Positions 26,220 through 37,698 of a stretch of 47,352 nucleotides of DNA are shown in pieces. The notes under the pieces were generated by a model. That model was not told the origin of the DNA. It saw nothing but the letters and a program-made list of their open reading frames with translations, and searched no databases. The DNA is from Chromera velia (Eukaryota): contig JAHBMJ010000452.1 in NCBI GenBank assembly GCA_018398765.1, forward strand, positions 1 through 47,352, read 5' to 3'. The translations under genes and the position numbers were made by a program. The first letter of the stretch is position 1. The number at the start of each line of letters is the position of its first letter.

Positions 26220-26339
26220 TTTGAACCACAGCAACGAACACTTGCTAAGGAGTTCTTGTTTGAACCCGTTTGAACCACGGCAACGAACACTTGCTAAGGA
26301 GTTCTTCTTTAAACCACCGCAACGAACACTTGCTTAGGA
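26220..26339. repeat. Three ~39-bp direct repeats (TTTGAACCACNGCAACGAACACTTGCTAAGGAGTTCTT)
   Basis: Visible directly; a 10-bp duplication lies between copies 1 and 2. Confidence 0.9.
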
Positions 26340-27210
26340 AGACTGTGCAACAGCGACTCTCGTTCCTGTGACATCTGTGGCGGCACGAAGTATTACCTCG
26401 AAGACTTGCTGAACTTCCTGCCCCGTGCGGGTTGTTTATGGGTTGTTTACCCTTTCTCCTTCAATGCTTTTTGCGCCTCTTTGTCTGGCTGCACCTCTTT
26501 GCTTTCTCTCCTTTCGTGCTGCTGCTACTACCACATTCCTCTGAAAATATCTCTGCTGCCTTGCTTTCATCTTCTGTGTCACTCTGATCCCCCAAGCAGC
26601 AAGAGACATGCAGAAACTTCTGTGCGAGGTCATTGACTCAAAGTCCTTTGCATTTCATCCCAATGCGTTAGATGTGAATGATGTCAGAGCAAGCGACATT
26701 GCTATACCGTGCACTGTACCGTGACCGACTAACTTTTAGAAGAACCTGTCCCACCAATATCCATGTCGTGCGTGAAGATCTGATTACGTTGCCATCAGGC
26801 GGATTGGGAATTTGCAGCAACGAGCACCAGAATGGGCCAAACTCACGTCGACGCAACTGCAGACCGGAGCTCTTTGAACTGAGAAACACTTGCGCAGAAC
26901 ACTGCTTCAGAGTTTCAAACTATCTGTCAATGTTCAGACTGCTGAACCGTGAGAAAGACACCACGCATAGCCAATCGGTGAAAGGAAACAGACTGAAAAT
27001 TGGTTCAAGCAGCAGAGAATATGAACAAAGCTCCTGTAAGCAGGAACCTGAAAGAAACTGTAGCCGTCACCACGGCGATATTAAATCAGCTAGTGGGCTT
27101 TGGATTCACTGCCGTGTGAGACTGTTTTGGTGGGGGCTGAATTTTGTTGTGTGATCATTGTTGCTTGGCATGAGATGGCATGAGCAGTGAGATGATGTGA
27201 GATGTAGTGG

Positions 27211-27327
27211 GCACTAGCTTGCATGAGCATGGCCCCGGAAAGCGAAGCGCGGGCCGGGGGCCGGGGGCCGGACCTGGGTCCGCGGGCCGCGGGGGCCGCG
27301 CGCGCGCGCGTGCAGTTAAGCTAGTGC
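27211..27327. promoter_or_regulatory. Very GC/CpG-rich patch with G-quadruplex motif, bounded by 10-bp inverted repeats
   Basis: GCACTAGCTT...AAGCTAGTGC flank GGGCCGGGGGCCGGGGGCCGGACCTGGG and (GC)n, ~240 bp upstream of the M16 ATG. Regulatory role inferred only. Confidence 0.4.
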
Positions 27328-27568
27328 ATGACAGCACGGTGCACCTCTACCAGACTTCTTAGTACGCGATGTTGATAGCACACTGCAAGTGACTGCGAGC
27401 TTACACTTTACCTTCGCGCCCGTACTGGTTCCTCTACCACCCCAAGAAGCTGCCAGGAGCGAGGCGGTCCTTAGTTGATTTTGACAGAGGGTCCCTCGGT
27501 ACGTTCTTCCCCAAGCTTGTCTCTTCTCTCACAGATAGATAGGCAGGCAAGCAGAGAGATACTTGAGG

Positions 27569-30500
27569 ATGAGGTGCAAACTTACGGTGGCAAGCGCGCT
27601 CTTCGGAGTTGGGTGTGCTGTAGAGAGCAGATTTCACAGAGGTGCTGCGGCATTTCTGAGCAGCTCCCCCGGCTCTCTGCGCGCTTCAGAGAGCCTGAGG
27701 GAGACCAGGAGACGGCTACCTGAGTCTTCTGTCACTGTCCTCACAGCCGGTCTTGATGACCTTCCTGACTTCTCTGCGCCTGGTGAGGAATACTCCAACA
27801 CCGCGGCAGCCGCAGTCGCTGACAAGACAGCGAAGGCGGTGGCAGACCTGCCCATCCCATCCGAAATTCTCTACGCGATTCCTGTCATCGGTCTCTCCTA
27901 CGCTCTCTTTTCTATCTTCACCTTCGACCCAAAGAAGGAAGCAAAGTCAGGAATCACGCGTGAAGATTTCGACTATAAGACGACCCTGAAACCTGCGGAG
28001 GTGCCTGCAAAGACGATCCCCAAGTTTCGGTATCTGCGTCTCCGGAACGGAATGAAGGGACTTCTCGTGCAGGAGGACAGCGCCGCATATCAACTGTCGA
28101 CCATCACCGTGAGGGTACGCCGTGTGAATGACACGTAATGCTGCTGCAGTGTATGAACATAAACAAGTTTGTACGGAGAAGAGTTGAACTTCAGAGTGTA
28201 GTGCTGTGCTGCCTTCACGCTGACCCTACTTCAGTCCCTCTCCTCTCTCTCCTTCCGTGATCGCGTTCGGTGCGTTCCTTTTGTTATTCAGGCAGAGGGG
28301 AGAAAGGGCTACGTGTGTTGCTGTTTTTTCACAGACTCGAGTTTCGCTGTTGAGAGAGAAAGAATGGGCCAGGGTTTTTTCACGTTATCTTCTTTTGCCC
28401 CTCTGCCTGCCCGCAGGACATGGCTTGGGATACAAAACGGAAAGTTCCTCTTCTTGACCGAATCACATCTCAGGCAATCTACAAAGATCTGCTCGTCCGT
28501 CGGTTGGGCGGGATTGCGGGGCTCTCTGGCATATTTTTCCTTTCTGCTCATCAGTTGGCCCTGGCCCGTTGTATCTCTCTTCTCTGTGTTTTGTGTGTGT
28601 ATTTCCCTCTCTCCGAGATTCATCACCGTTTGTCTTAATTCTCTTCGAGGTCCATCAGTCCCTCCCTGCATTCACGAGCCCTTTCTCATTTCCTGCCTGC
28701 CTCCCTCCCTCCCTGTCTGTCTGTCTGACAGGACGAATTCGGGGAGAAGGTCCAGCCAGGAGAGGACACCAACCCCTTCTTCAGCTCCTTCACGCTGACG
28801 GCCGACTCACGAAAGCCCACAGAGCGTTTCGCTCAAGTAAACAGCTTCGCAAAGAGATTCCTTGCCACTTTCTTCGCAGACGAGGTCGTTGCCTCAGAGG
28901 TCGGTCAGTCAGTCAGTGTGTGCAGGGATGCATGACTGAGAGGAGTCGGAGCGGCCTTTCACACTCGTGTCATTCAAGCGAAATTGTATACATGTAGAGA
29001 AGGTTCTCTTTCGTTTGCAGAAAATTGAGAGTTATGTGTTGTTTTTACCCACTTGGTTCTCTCAAGCGTCCTCACAGAATGCATTAGAGAGGGACTAGAC
29101 AGCTGCTTGAATTGAGGGCCGTCCTCCGTCTTTCCCTTTTTGTCCTGTCTTGTCTTCTTCACAGTCCCCTTGAGTGACTGACCTTTTTCTTGTTTTGGAA
29201 TGATCAGTGAACAAATCATTGCGTGAATGGTAAGCATGTGGTGACTGACGATCTCTCCCTTTTTTTGTTTGGTGTGTGTGTGTGTGTGTGTATGTGTGTG
29301 CGCAGGCAGAAGACATTTTGGAGACTCAGGAGGAAATGCAGAAGGACGACCTCCAGAGAGTCCAGAACGTCCAGAGACTCATGGCACTCCCCGATCATCC
29401 CTATTCAGAGTGAGTCAGTCAGTCAGTCAGTCAGAGAGGCATACATCGTCTAGAGAGGCACACATGCAGCGCTTTTTGTGTTTTTTGATGTGCTTGCAAC
29501 CAATAGGACCCCTCTCTCTCTCTGTCTTTCTTTGTTTGTGAATCCGAGAGTCACGCGACTTACATGTCGGAGTGGTAACAGAAGTGTATATCTGTTCTAG
29601 TGGGCAGACAACACATGAAAATGGACACATTCACTAGGTGCTTTGATCTCCTCACCCACTGCCTTTCTTTCTTTCTGTCACGACTGCATGCAGGAGCCGT
29701 CAGCTGGTGCCCCCGAAAGTGTTGAGGAAGGAGGGCGTTGATTTGACAGAGGAGGTCCAAAGTTTCTTTGAGGCGAAATACCAACGTGAGTGAGTCAGTG
29801 AGTGAGTGAGTTGTGTTTCTTTTCGTCAAGTGAAGTGAATTGAAGGACTGCGGAGTGCAAATAAATGTTCCCACATGTCTCTCTGCGTGTATTCCTGGTA
29901 AGGGAGGAGAGGTATACGCCTTCTGTTGTCACACAAAATTGGTATCAAAAGAACGGCTTTTAATTCGCGTCGAAGGGCGCGAGGGAGGGAGGAAGTGAAG
30001 GAAGAAGGTGTGGAACGTCCCCCCTTCACAGAATGAAGGCCTTATGAGGGGGAAGAAAGACCCTGGTTGTTTCGAGTCTCTTCCTTCTTTTGTTCTTCGT
30101 GTTGGAAAACTTCAAAAAAGACGAGAAAACAAAAAAGGAGAAGCAAAGAAGAGCAGATGAACAAGCCTCCTCACAGGGACAGTGCCTCGCTGGTTCTCTT
30201 CCCCACTTCATAGAGTTTTGTTCTGATCAACATCTGAACTTCGGTGAACTCTGCTTGAATCTGCATTTCTCATCCTCTTTTCCACTGCCTTTGTATTCGT
30301 CCCTGCAGCTCAATTGATGTCCTTTGTGCAAATCAGCAACACCCCCTTGGATCAACAACAGGTCGATCTGCATGTCGGCGTCTTTCTTTTTCTGTTCGTT
30401 TGGCTCTTCGGTCAGTCTGTCCGCGCGTGTTTCTCTTTGTTCGTCCGCTGTTGTCGGTAAAAGGTGGGAGGAAAAGAGAACGGTGGATGCAGTCTGAGTG

Positions 30501-31048
30501 TCTTCTTTCCTCCTGTCTGTAGAATCATTCCATGGCCTCAGTACAAGAGTGTTTGTCTTAATTGTGTCGGCTTTTCTGCCTCTGGCTTCCGTTTTTTTCC
30601 TTCGGGCGGTGGAGATGGAAGAGAGAGAGAGAGAGAGAGTGTGTGTGTGTGCAGAACGATTTCATTGAAATTTTCGGGAAATTCCCCAACCAGCCTTCAA
30701 GGGTCCCCCCCCCTCCCGCGTACGAGTTTAAGGCGCCCTGGCCGAGGGACAGAAGAGGAAAGATGATTAAGACAGTGCCCTGGAATGTGAACGAGAACTT
30801 TATCGAACTTCGGTCAGTTGGTCAGTTTTTTAAATTTTTATTCAAATAAAATGTTAACGAGAATTTTATCGAACTTGGGTGATGGTCTTTCAGTTGGTTG
30901 GTTGCTTGGCTGGTTGATTTGGGGGGAAAAAGGGGGTTGTTAGAAGCAACAGAATCATCATGAAGACATCTTTGTTAAGGTGGAAGAGGCAGTCAGATTT
31001 TCGATGTATGGGACCGAGCAATTAATTGAAAAGACCTCGTGCCATGAA

Positions 31049-31080
<32 letters not shown>

Positions 31081-31151
31081 TTCCCTTCCTTCCTTCCTAC
31101 CTTCCTTTCTTTCTTTCTTTCTTTCTTTCTTCCTTTCTTTCTTTCTTTCTT

Positions 31152-31182
<31 letters not shown>

Positions 31183-31496
31183 GTCTCTCTGTCTGCCTGT
31201 CTGCCTGTGTGTCTGTCTGTCTGTAACATATAGTCTGTAAGAAGAAACGTATAAGCTGTCTCTGTCCCTCCAGAGTACATAAAAAATAAGAAGAAAGCGA
31301 AGCACGAGGAAACATTCAGACACAGTGCCTCTCACTGTCTGCCCTGCATGTGCAATCAATCCCGCAAGCAAGCAACGAAGCCTCCCTGCCTCCCTGCCTG
31401 CCTGCCCGCAGGTTCCTCGTCTTCTCCGACCCGAAGACCAACGCCGTGGCGCAAGTGAGGCCCTGGACCTGGCTTCTCGTCAGTCGATAATCCCAA

Positions 31497-31570
<74 letters not shown>

Positions 31571-33444
31571 TTCTTTGTTTGTTTTGCCTCAGAGGGAAGG
31601 AGTGGGAGTCACAAAACGAAGCTGCAGGGGGTCTTGTGTGGCCGTGACTATGTGTGATCATTGAGGGCAGTGCAGAGCGGAGAGAGAAAGAAAGAGTGGG
31701 TGTTTGGTGGAAAGGGGAACCACACAAGAAGGAACAGTGAGCCAGCTGACAGAAACCACTTCCGGCCCTGCTCTTCCCAGATCTGCCGTTGATGTCCCAC
31801 TTCGGCATGCACCTGCCTGGCCTGGCCTGGCGTGTTCTTCCTTCCTTCCTTCTCTTCCTTGAACGAACAACGAACATTCCTTCGGCCTTCGTGTCGATGA
31901 GAAAAGAGATCTGAAAGTGGGCCAGGGGGAAAGGAAACAGAGAAGAGGTCCCTTTTTTAGCCTGCATTCTGACAGCCTGTTTAGTTTGTGCATAAAGGCA
32001 AGACATCTGATACATGTTTGACTGGGGAATGAATGAATGAATGAATGTGCACAGGACGGAATTGGCGAAAGGAAGAATTACTTTGAAGAGGCCATCCCCG
32101 AGAAGATCGGATTCCTCAAGGACTTCGACGTCGAGCAAATCTCGAATCACTTTGGAGTGATTAAACTGAAGATCCAAACGTCCGAAAAAACTATGAGTGA
32201 CCCCGAGAAGGCCCTCAGGTGGGCCACTTAGTTGGTTTTTTTTGGTGGTTTGTAAGTCGGTATGTTTGATTGTTACCCGTTCTGGCACGCTTTCAAGAGA
32301 ACGAGCAGACATGCGTCCGTGCGTGCAGCAAGTATAGAAATCAATCCACATGAATGATGCCTCCTCAGTAAGGGGTCAAAGCAAACAGAGAGGTTGCGAG
32401 TCACTCCCAGTATTTTTTTTGTTAACCCAGATGTCAATCTCTTGTCCGTATAGTCTGAAATGTTTTTGATGCTTTCCCTTGCCTTCTTCCTTTTTTTCTT
32501 CTCTACCTGCCTTTAAAAAAAAAATCCCTTGTCTTCTCCCTTCTTTTCTTTTCTACCTGCCTGGCACCTGCAGGGAAATTTTCAATGGGCTGGGTAAGCT
32601 GAACGCACGTGTTGAGAAATGGCGGTCCAAAACCCCCCCAGAGGCAGAGGAGATTGCAACCGCAATGGGAGATCCGTATGCGTTGTCTAACCAGGTTTGT
32701 AGGCCATGCAGTAGCGATGGGCAAGCGCTCAATTCGTTCACTTGCTCCTTGTCTTTTCTGTTTGTTTTTGTTGCCTGCCCGTTCTACTTAGGGACTTCTT
32801 TTCTCATTGAAGGCATCCATCTTCGTGTCGATTTATGATTCGACACGACAGTTGATGGCCTCTCCCCCCTTTCATCTCCTCTCCTGCCTCGATTTGTTTG
32901 GACAGGAAGTGACGGTTGTCTGTGGCTGTGTGAGCGCTCGGACACCCACATGCATGAGTGCTCTTATGTACATCCATGCAGTTTGTTCGCTTGTGTGTCG
33001 TTTCATGTGAGTGCCTGTGTGTCCGTGTCCGTTCGTGTGTGTGCAGCTTGCCATCATGGTTCAGGCAGGGAAGGGCAAAGAAGTTGTGGACTCTTCTCTG
33101 ATGAGAAAATGGGACTACTCGGTCTGTAGGTTTGTTCTGTTTGTCTCTTTCTTTTCTGGCTTTCTCTTTGGGATTTGGTGCCTTTGTTTGGTCTGTGCTC
33201 TCTTTCCTCCCGCAGGTAGGTACACGTCTGTGCGTCTGTCCACTTATTTGTGTCGCGAGGTGGAGAGGCAAGGGGCGCTCAACTCTAACCTTTCGGGCCC
33301 CCTGCCCACTTTGTCTGAGTTGTCGTGATGCTCGTTTGTCTTTGTTGCTTTCTTTCTTTTTATCTTTCATGTTCATGAAGAAGAGGAGGCAAAGAAACCA
33401 TGTAGTCTGTCCCCTCCACCCCCCCCCCCATGTCCCTCCTCTGT

Positions 33445-33484
<40 letters not shown>

Positions 33485-33784
33485 ATCGTGTCTGACTTTG
33501 TCCAAGGGGCTCTGACTCCGGAGAACGCGCACATATTTCTGGGCAGCCGCGCGTTTGCACAGGAGGCAGACGCGGGCCTGGGAGGGAAGGGGGACTCGAA
33601 AAAGGCAGCCGCCTCCCTGCTGCCCAACCCCGCAGCCAGCAAGAGTATGTCAGGGGAGTGGGTGAAGGACGAGAGGATGAAAACACAATTCAAGGTCGAA
33701 AAGATTCCCGAGTCCGTCAGTGCGGCCTTCCAAGCAGGACTGAGTGGCGGTGGCGTGCCGGCACCCGCCGCTGCTGTTGCCTGA
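27569..33784 (+). CDS. M16A (insulysin/pitrilysin-like) homologue, ~641 aa, N-terminal half only, probably inactive and plastid-targeted; exons 27569-28114, 28417-28494, 28732-28899, 29306-29409, 29694-29785, 30309-30361, 30655-30812, 31412-31478, 32055-32218, 32574-32694, 33047-33121, 33485-33784
   Basis: All 11 introns are GT-AG and in phase. M16A-like blocks occur in order: FRYLRLRNGMKGLLV, MALPDHPYS, GVDLTEEVQSFFEAKYQPQLM, NTPLDQQ, ALTPENAHIFL, KTQFKVEKI. Leader is signal + AAAF + Ser-rich transit peptide. Confidence 0.8.
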
Positions 33785-34640
33785 GTGAGTGGGTGTAGTG
33801 AGTGGAGAACAGGAAGGAACCAGAGGCGATGGTTTGTTTGGTTTAATTCGTTCGTTCATTTATTCATTTGCTCTTCTGCCCGTCGCGGTCTGTTTGCCTT
33901 TGTCCGTTTTTCCTTCCTGTCTTTTACCTCATTTTGTTGCGTGTGCAACACGGAAAGAAGGAATGGAAATAAATGCATTGGGTCTTGTACTAGGTCTTGT
34001 ACGGCTAGACGAATGAATAGATGCAGCAACTGGTGTGGGTCGCCACACAGCTGAGTGGAGTGGAGAGAATGAATGAAAGAAGGCAGGAAAAAAGGAAGGA
34101 AGGAATAACTCAAGGAAGGATCGAATGCATTGGAAGGGGGAGAGAGGGAGGAAGCTAGAGTCGTCAGTTGGAGCGCGCTCTCTCTGTCTCTCTCTCTGTT
34201 CTGCGTCCCCCTCAGTTCTCTGACTTGACCTGAATCTTGTTGCCCTTTCTGCATGGAACGCGAAAGGAGCTCTCCCTCCCCCCCCATTTGTCCGCAGTGG
34301 TGTTATCGTTTCCTGTAGTAATAGTAGTAGTAGCAGTAGTTCGACTAACTTGCAGTTGTCGTAGTAGTAGTTGCAGTGGCCCAGTCGTAGTAGCAATGAG
34401 AGGGTGGATGAGACCTTTCTCCCTCTTGCGAGACTCTCCGAACGATCCGAATTATCCACCACTCTGACTGTTTGCTGTAACTTCCTCCGCCGTGGATGTA
34501 TTGCCCATTGACTAGCCCATTGATCAGACCGAGCATCAGACGTTCTGCTCCAATCATTTGTATTCAAACAATTTCCTTGGCAAACTTGAAAAAAGGCTTC
34601 AGTCTAGGCTTAAGTTTTGTTCTGAAAGTCAATGTTTGCC

Positions 34641-34736
34641 TTAGGAGAGCCAACAGAGGAATCCATAGTATAATTGCGTATCTATTGTTTAGGAGAGCCA
34701 ACAGAGGAATCCATGGTATAATTGCGCATCTATTGT
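34641..34736. repeat. 48-bp tandem duplication
   Basis: TTAGGAGAGCCAACAGAGGAATCCAT(A/G)GTATAATTGCG(T/C)ATCTATTGT, two copies. Confidence 0.9.
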
Positions 34737-35203
34737 TCAGTGTTAGTGATGGAGGTATATATAGGTAGGTGTGATTAATAGTTGTTCAACTTTATTTAAA
34801 AATTTTAAGCTTATCGATCTTCTTTTTTTCCCAGCCAAAACCAATGAATATATAAGCGACACTAAAAGAAATAAAAAGAAACTGGAAATAATATTATGTC
34901 TGCATTTTAGTAGGATTAGGATTAGGATTTATGTCTGGAGGATTGGCCTCCCGCCTGTTATGGATCGTCCCGTGTGCAGAGAGAGAGAGAAATATAGGAA
35001 GTCTTTAAGAGTACATCACAGTTGTAAGCAGAAGGAAACACGTAAGCAGAGCGAGTGTGTGTTACAGCGCGTTATGTGCATTTGGTGCGCCAGAGAAGCC
35101 GAGTTAGGCAGAACTCATCTTCTGCGCGCACGCCGAGCGAACTGGCTGAATTAATACAGAACCAGAAAGATGTCCCCAACCGGATCTCCGTCGCGCATGC
35201 ATA

Positions 35204-35865
35204 TATACCTCTGCCCTTGAATTTGGCTATGGAGGGGCGGTCTATCCTAGACAATCTTTTGACCCGTCGGGCCAGCACCCCCAAAGACGGTCCGGTGTAG
35301 TTAGTCTTGGGTACCTGCATACAGTAAACAAACAACAGTATGCCGTCTCCAACAATTTAACTGGGGTGCTCACATACATTCACAAAAAAGGCGAGGGGGG
35401 GACATGCTGACCAGCAAGACACGCACACACGGCCAAAAGGGTCATCCCTCTCTACGCAATGCGATCATGCTACTTTCGAGAGAGAGAGCAACACATCTTC
35501 AGTCAAAATGCTGGCTTATGTTTGTTCCCCCCTGCTCATAAAGTAAGCAACACATGAAAAATCGAACCCTAAAAGTCGACATTTTTACGAAATAACCTGC
35601 GGGAGTTTTCCGGAAAAGTCAAGAGACTATAGAACAACACTTCAAAGAATCAAAGAAGCCGTCTACCATCTCTCACTTCAACAATTCACACAGAAAAGAA
35701 AGCAAACTCTGACTGAGTCTGATTGGTTGTCAATGCAAATGCATGTACGCATGATTCAAGTATGGCGGGTCCCTGGCGTATAGGCCCGGGCCCTGGCACG
35801 AGTGCTCTGTATTGGAGGCCCGCACATTTTTTTTTCCCATAGCAAAATTTAAGGGCAGGGGTTTA
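35204..35865. mobile_element. MITE-like TIR element (~660 bp) inserted in the 5' LTR
   Basis: Absent from the 3' LTR. ~29-bp imperfect TIRs (TATACCTCTGCCCTTGAATTTGGCTATGG / CCATAGCAAAATTTAAGGGCAGGGGTTTA). TSD is TA (or ATAT; ambiguous). Confidence 0.9.
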
Positions 35866-36128
35866 TATTGCAATACAGAGAGACGCATTGAATGCAAAGT
35901 TTGCATGCATTACAATACAGATCAATACACAAGAGGCTGGCTTGATTGAGCTTGCTACTGAAAGACTCTGATCAGGAGGTCCGACTGGTAGGTACGTCTT
36001 GGGACAGGCTCTCATCCTGTACGTAGAGCAGACTACACAGACGCAGACACTAAAGTTAAGATCTGTCCAAGAAGATCCAGGAAGTCTATATACGCTAGCC
36101 GGTTTGGAGGAAGGACAGATCTGAACAC

Positions 36129-36144
36129 TGGTAGCAGAGCTTGG
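36129..36144 (+). other. Primer-binding site complementary to the tRNA-iMet 3' end
   Basis: TGGTAGCAGAGCTTGG, 1 nt after the 5' LTR end. Confidence 0.85.
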
Positions 36145-37021
36145 CTGGTGGGGAGAGGCCCACCAGGCTAAGAGCCATGTGTTGTCCCTCTGTGTCTGCC
36201 TCTCTGTGATGAAGGGAATCTCTCGGTGTGTCCTTTCATGTGTTTGAAACCCTAAAGTAGAGACGTCTCTATCGGTCTGTCTATCGGTCCATCTGTCGAT
36301 CTATCTGTCACTGTGGAAGGAAGAACTTCAAGACTCCAAAGGCCAGAGGAAATGAAATGACGACCCAAGCAGACGCGACGCTGGACTGAGAAGTACTAGC
36401 CGGTGAAGAACCAAAGACGTAGAGCCCAGAGTGGGCCAACCCCCTCCTTGCGTAGGCAGCGCTGTGCGCCTCATGCATAACATGAAGAGAGACTGCTTTC
36501 GGGAGGGGGACAGAAAGTGCAATGGGGAAACGACTTTGAAGAGAGTTTGCAGTCTGTCTCTCACCCTTTGCCGGTATCACACTGTCTGCCAGGAGAGGCA
36601 GAAAGACATACAAAGTTCGGGGAACCGGGAAAGTTCTTCAAGAAAGGTCGCAGAGAAAAGAAAGAGGCAGTCGCGAGAGACTTCGGTCTCTGAAACAGGG
36701 GAGTCCAACAATTTCGCTTCGGCGACGCGACGCCTCAGGGAAGAGAAGGAAAGGTGATGGAGAAGGTGGTCGAAGGAAAATAAAGAAAGAAAGAAATCAG
36801 AAAGGTCCTTCAACGTGACGCATGGAAAGAAGAGAGAGTCACGGGCCGGTCGAAAAGAAATTGTAGAGAACCAGTTAGATGCTTATAGTGCTTCCAGCAG
36901 GAATGGGGAAATCTTGCTGAAGTGAGGGTGACTTCAAAGAAAGGAAGCCTCTCTATCCGCTAGTCGCTGAATGGCCCCAAGCGTTTCGAAAACCCGAAGG
37001 TTCATGATGATCAACATAAGA

Positions 37022-37698
37022 GAACAAAGGACACAAGATTTTAAAGAAAGGAAGAAGAAGAGAAAAGAAAACTGGAAGGTGTCCAAGAAGCTAATATCCG
37101 GAAGGCCGGAGCGACAAGCCAGCAGAGACCCTGGAAGAGGGGGTTCAAAGAAAGCAGTGAGAAGAGAATTGCATGCAGAGGGGAAAGGAGCGTATTGTTT
37201 GCGTGTCCACCCATCTGTCCACCCGCCAGGACAGACACAGAGACAGAACGCTCGGAGGCCGAGGAACACTGAAAAGTGAGTCATGCAGACACCACATGTA
37301 AGAAAAGGAAAAGAGGAAGAGAGACGGAACAGAACCGCTTGCGTGCATCACCTCTGATTGGAACAAGAGACACGAGATTTCAAAGAAAGGAAGAAGAAGA
37401 GAAAAGAAAGCTGGAAGGTGTCCAAGAAGCCAATATCTGGAAGGCTGGAGCGACAAGCCAGCAGAGACCCTGGAAGAGGGGGTTCAAAGAAAGCAGTGAG
37501 AAGAGAACTGCATGCAGAGGGGAAAGGAGCGTATTGTTTGCGTGTCCACCCATCTGTCCACCCACCAGGACAGACACAGAGACAGAACGCTCGGAGGCCG
37601 AAGAACACTGAAAAGTGAGTCATGCAGACACCACATGCAAGAAAAGGAAAAGAGGAAGAGAGACGGAACAGAACCGCTTGCGTGCATCACCTCTGATT
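37022..37698. repeat. 339-bp tandem duplication inside the LTR element
   Basis: Copies start at ~37022 and ~37361 and differ almost only by transitions. Confidence 0.93.

Noticed and set aside
31592..31657. Extra M16 exon (EGRSGSHKTKLQG)
   Set aside because: The direct 31478>32055 join is in phase and fits the M16A alignment better.
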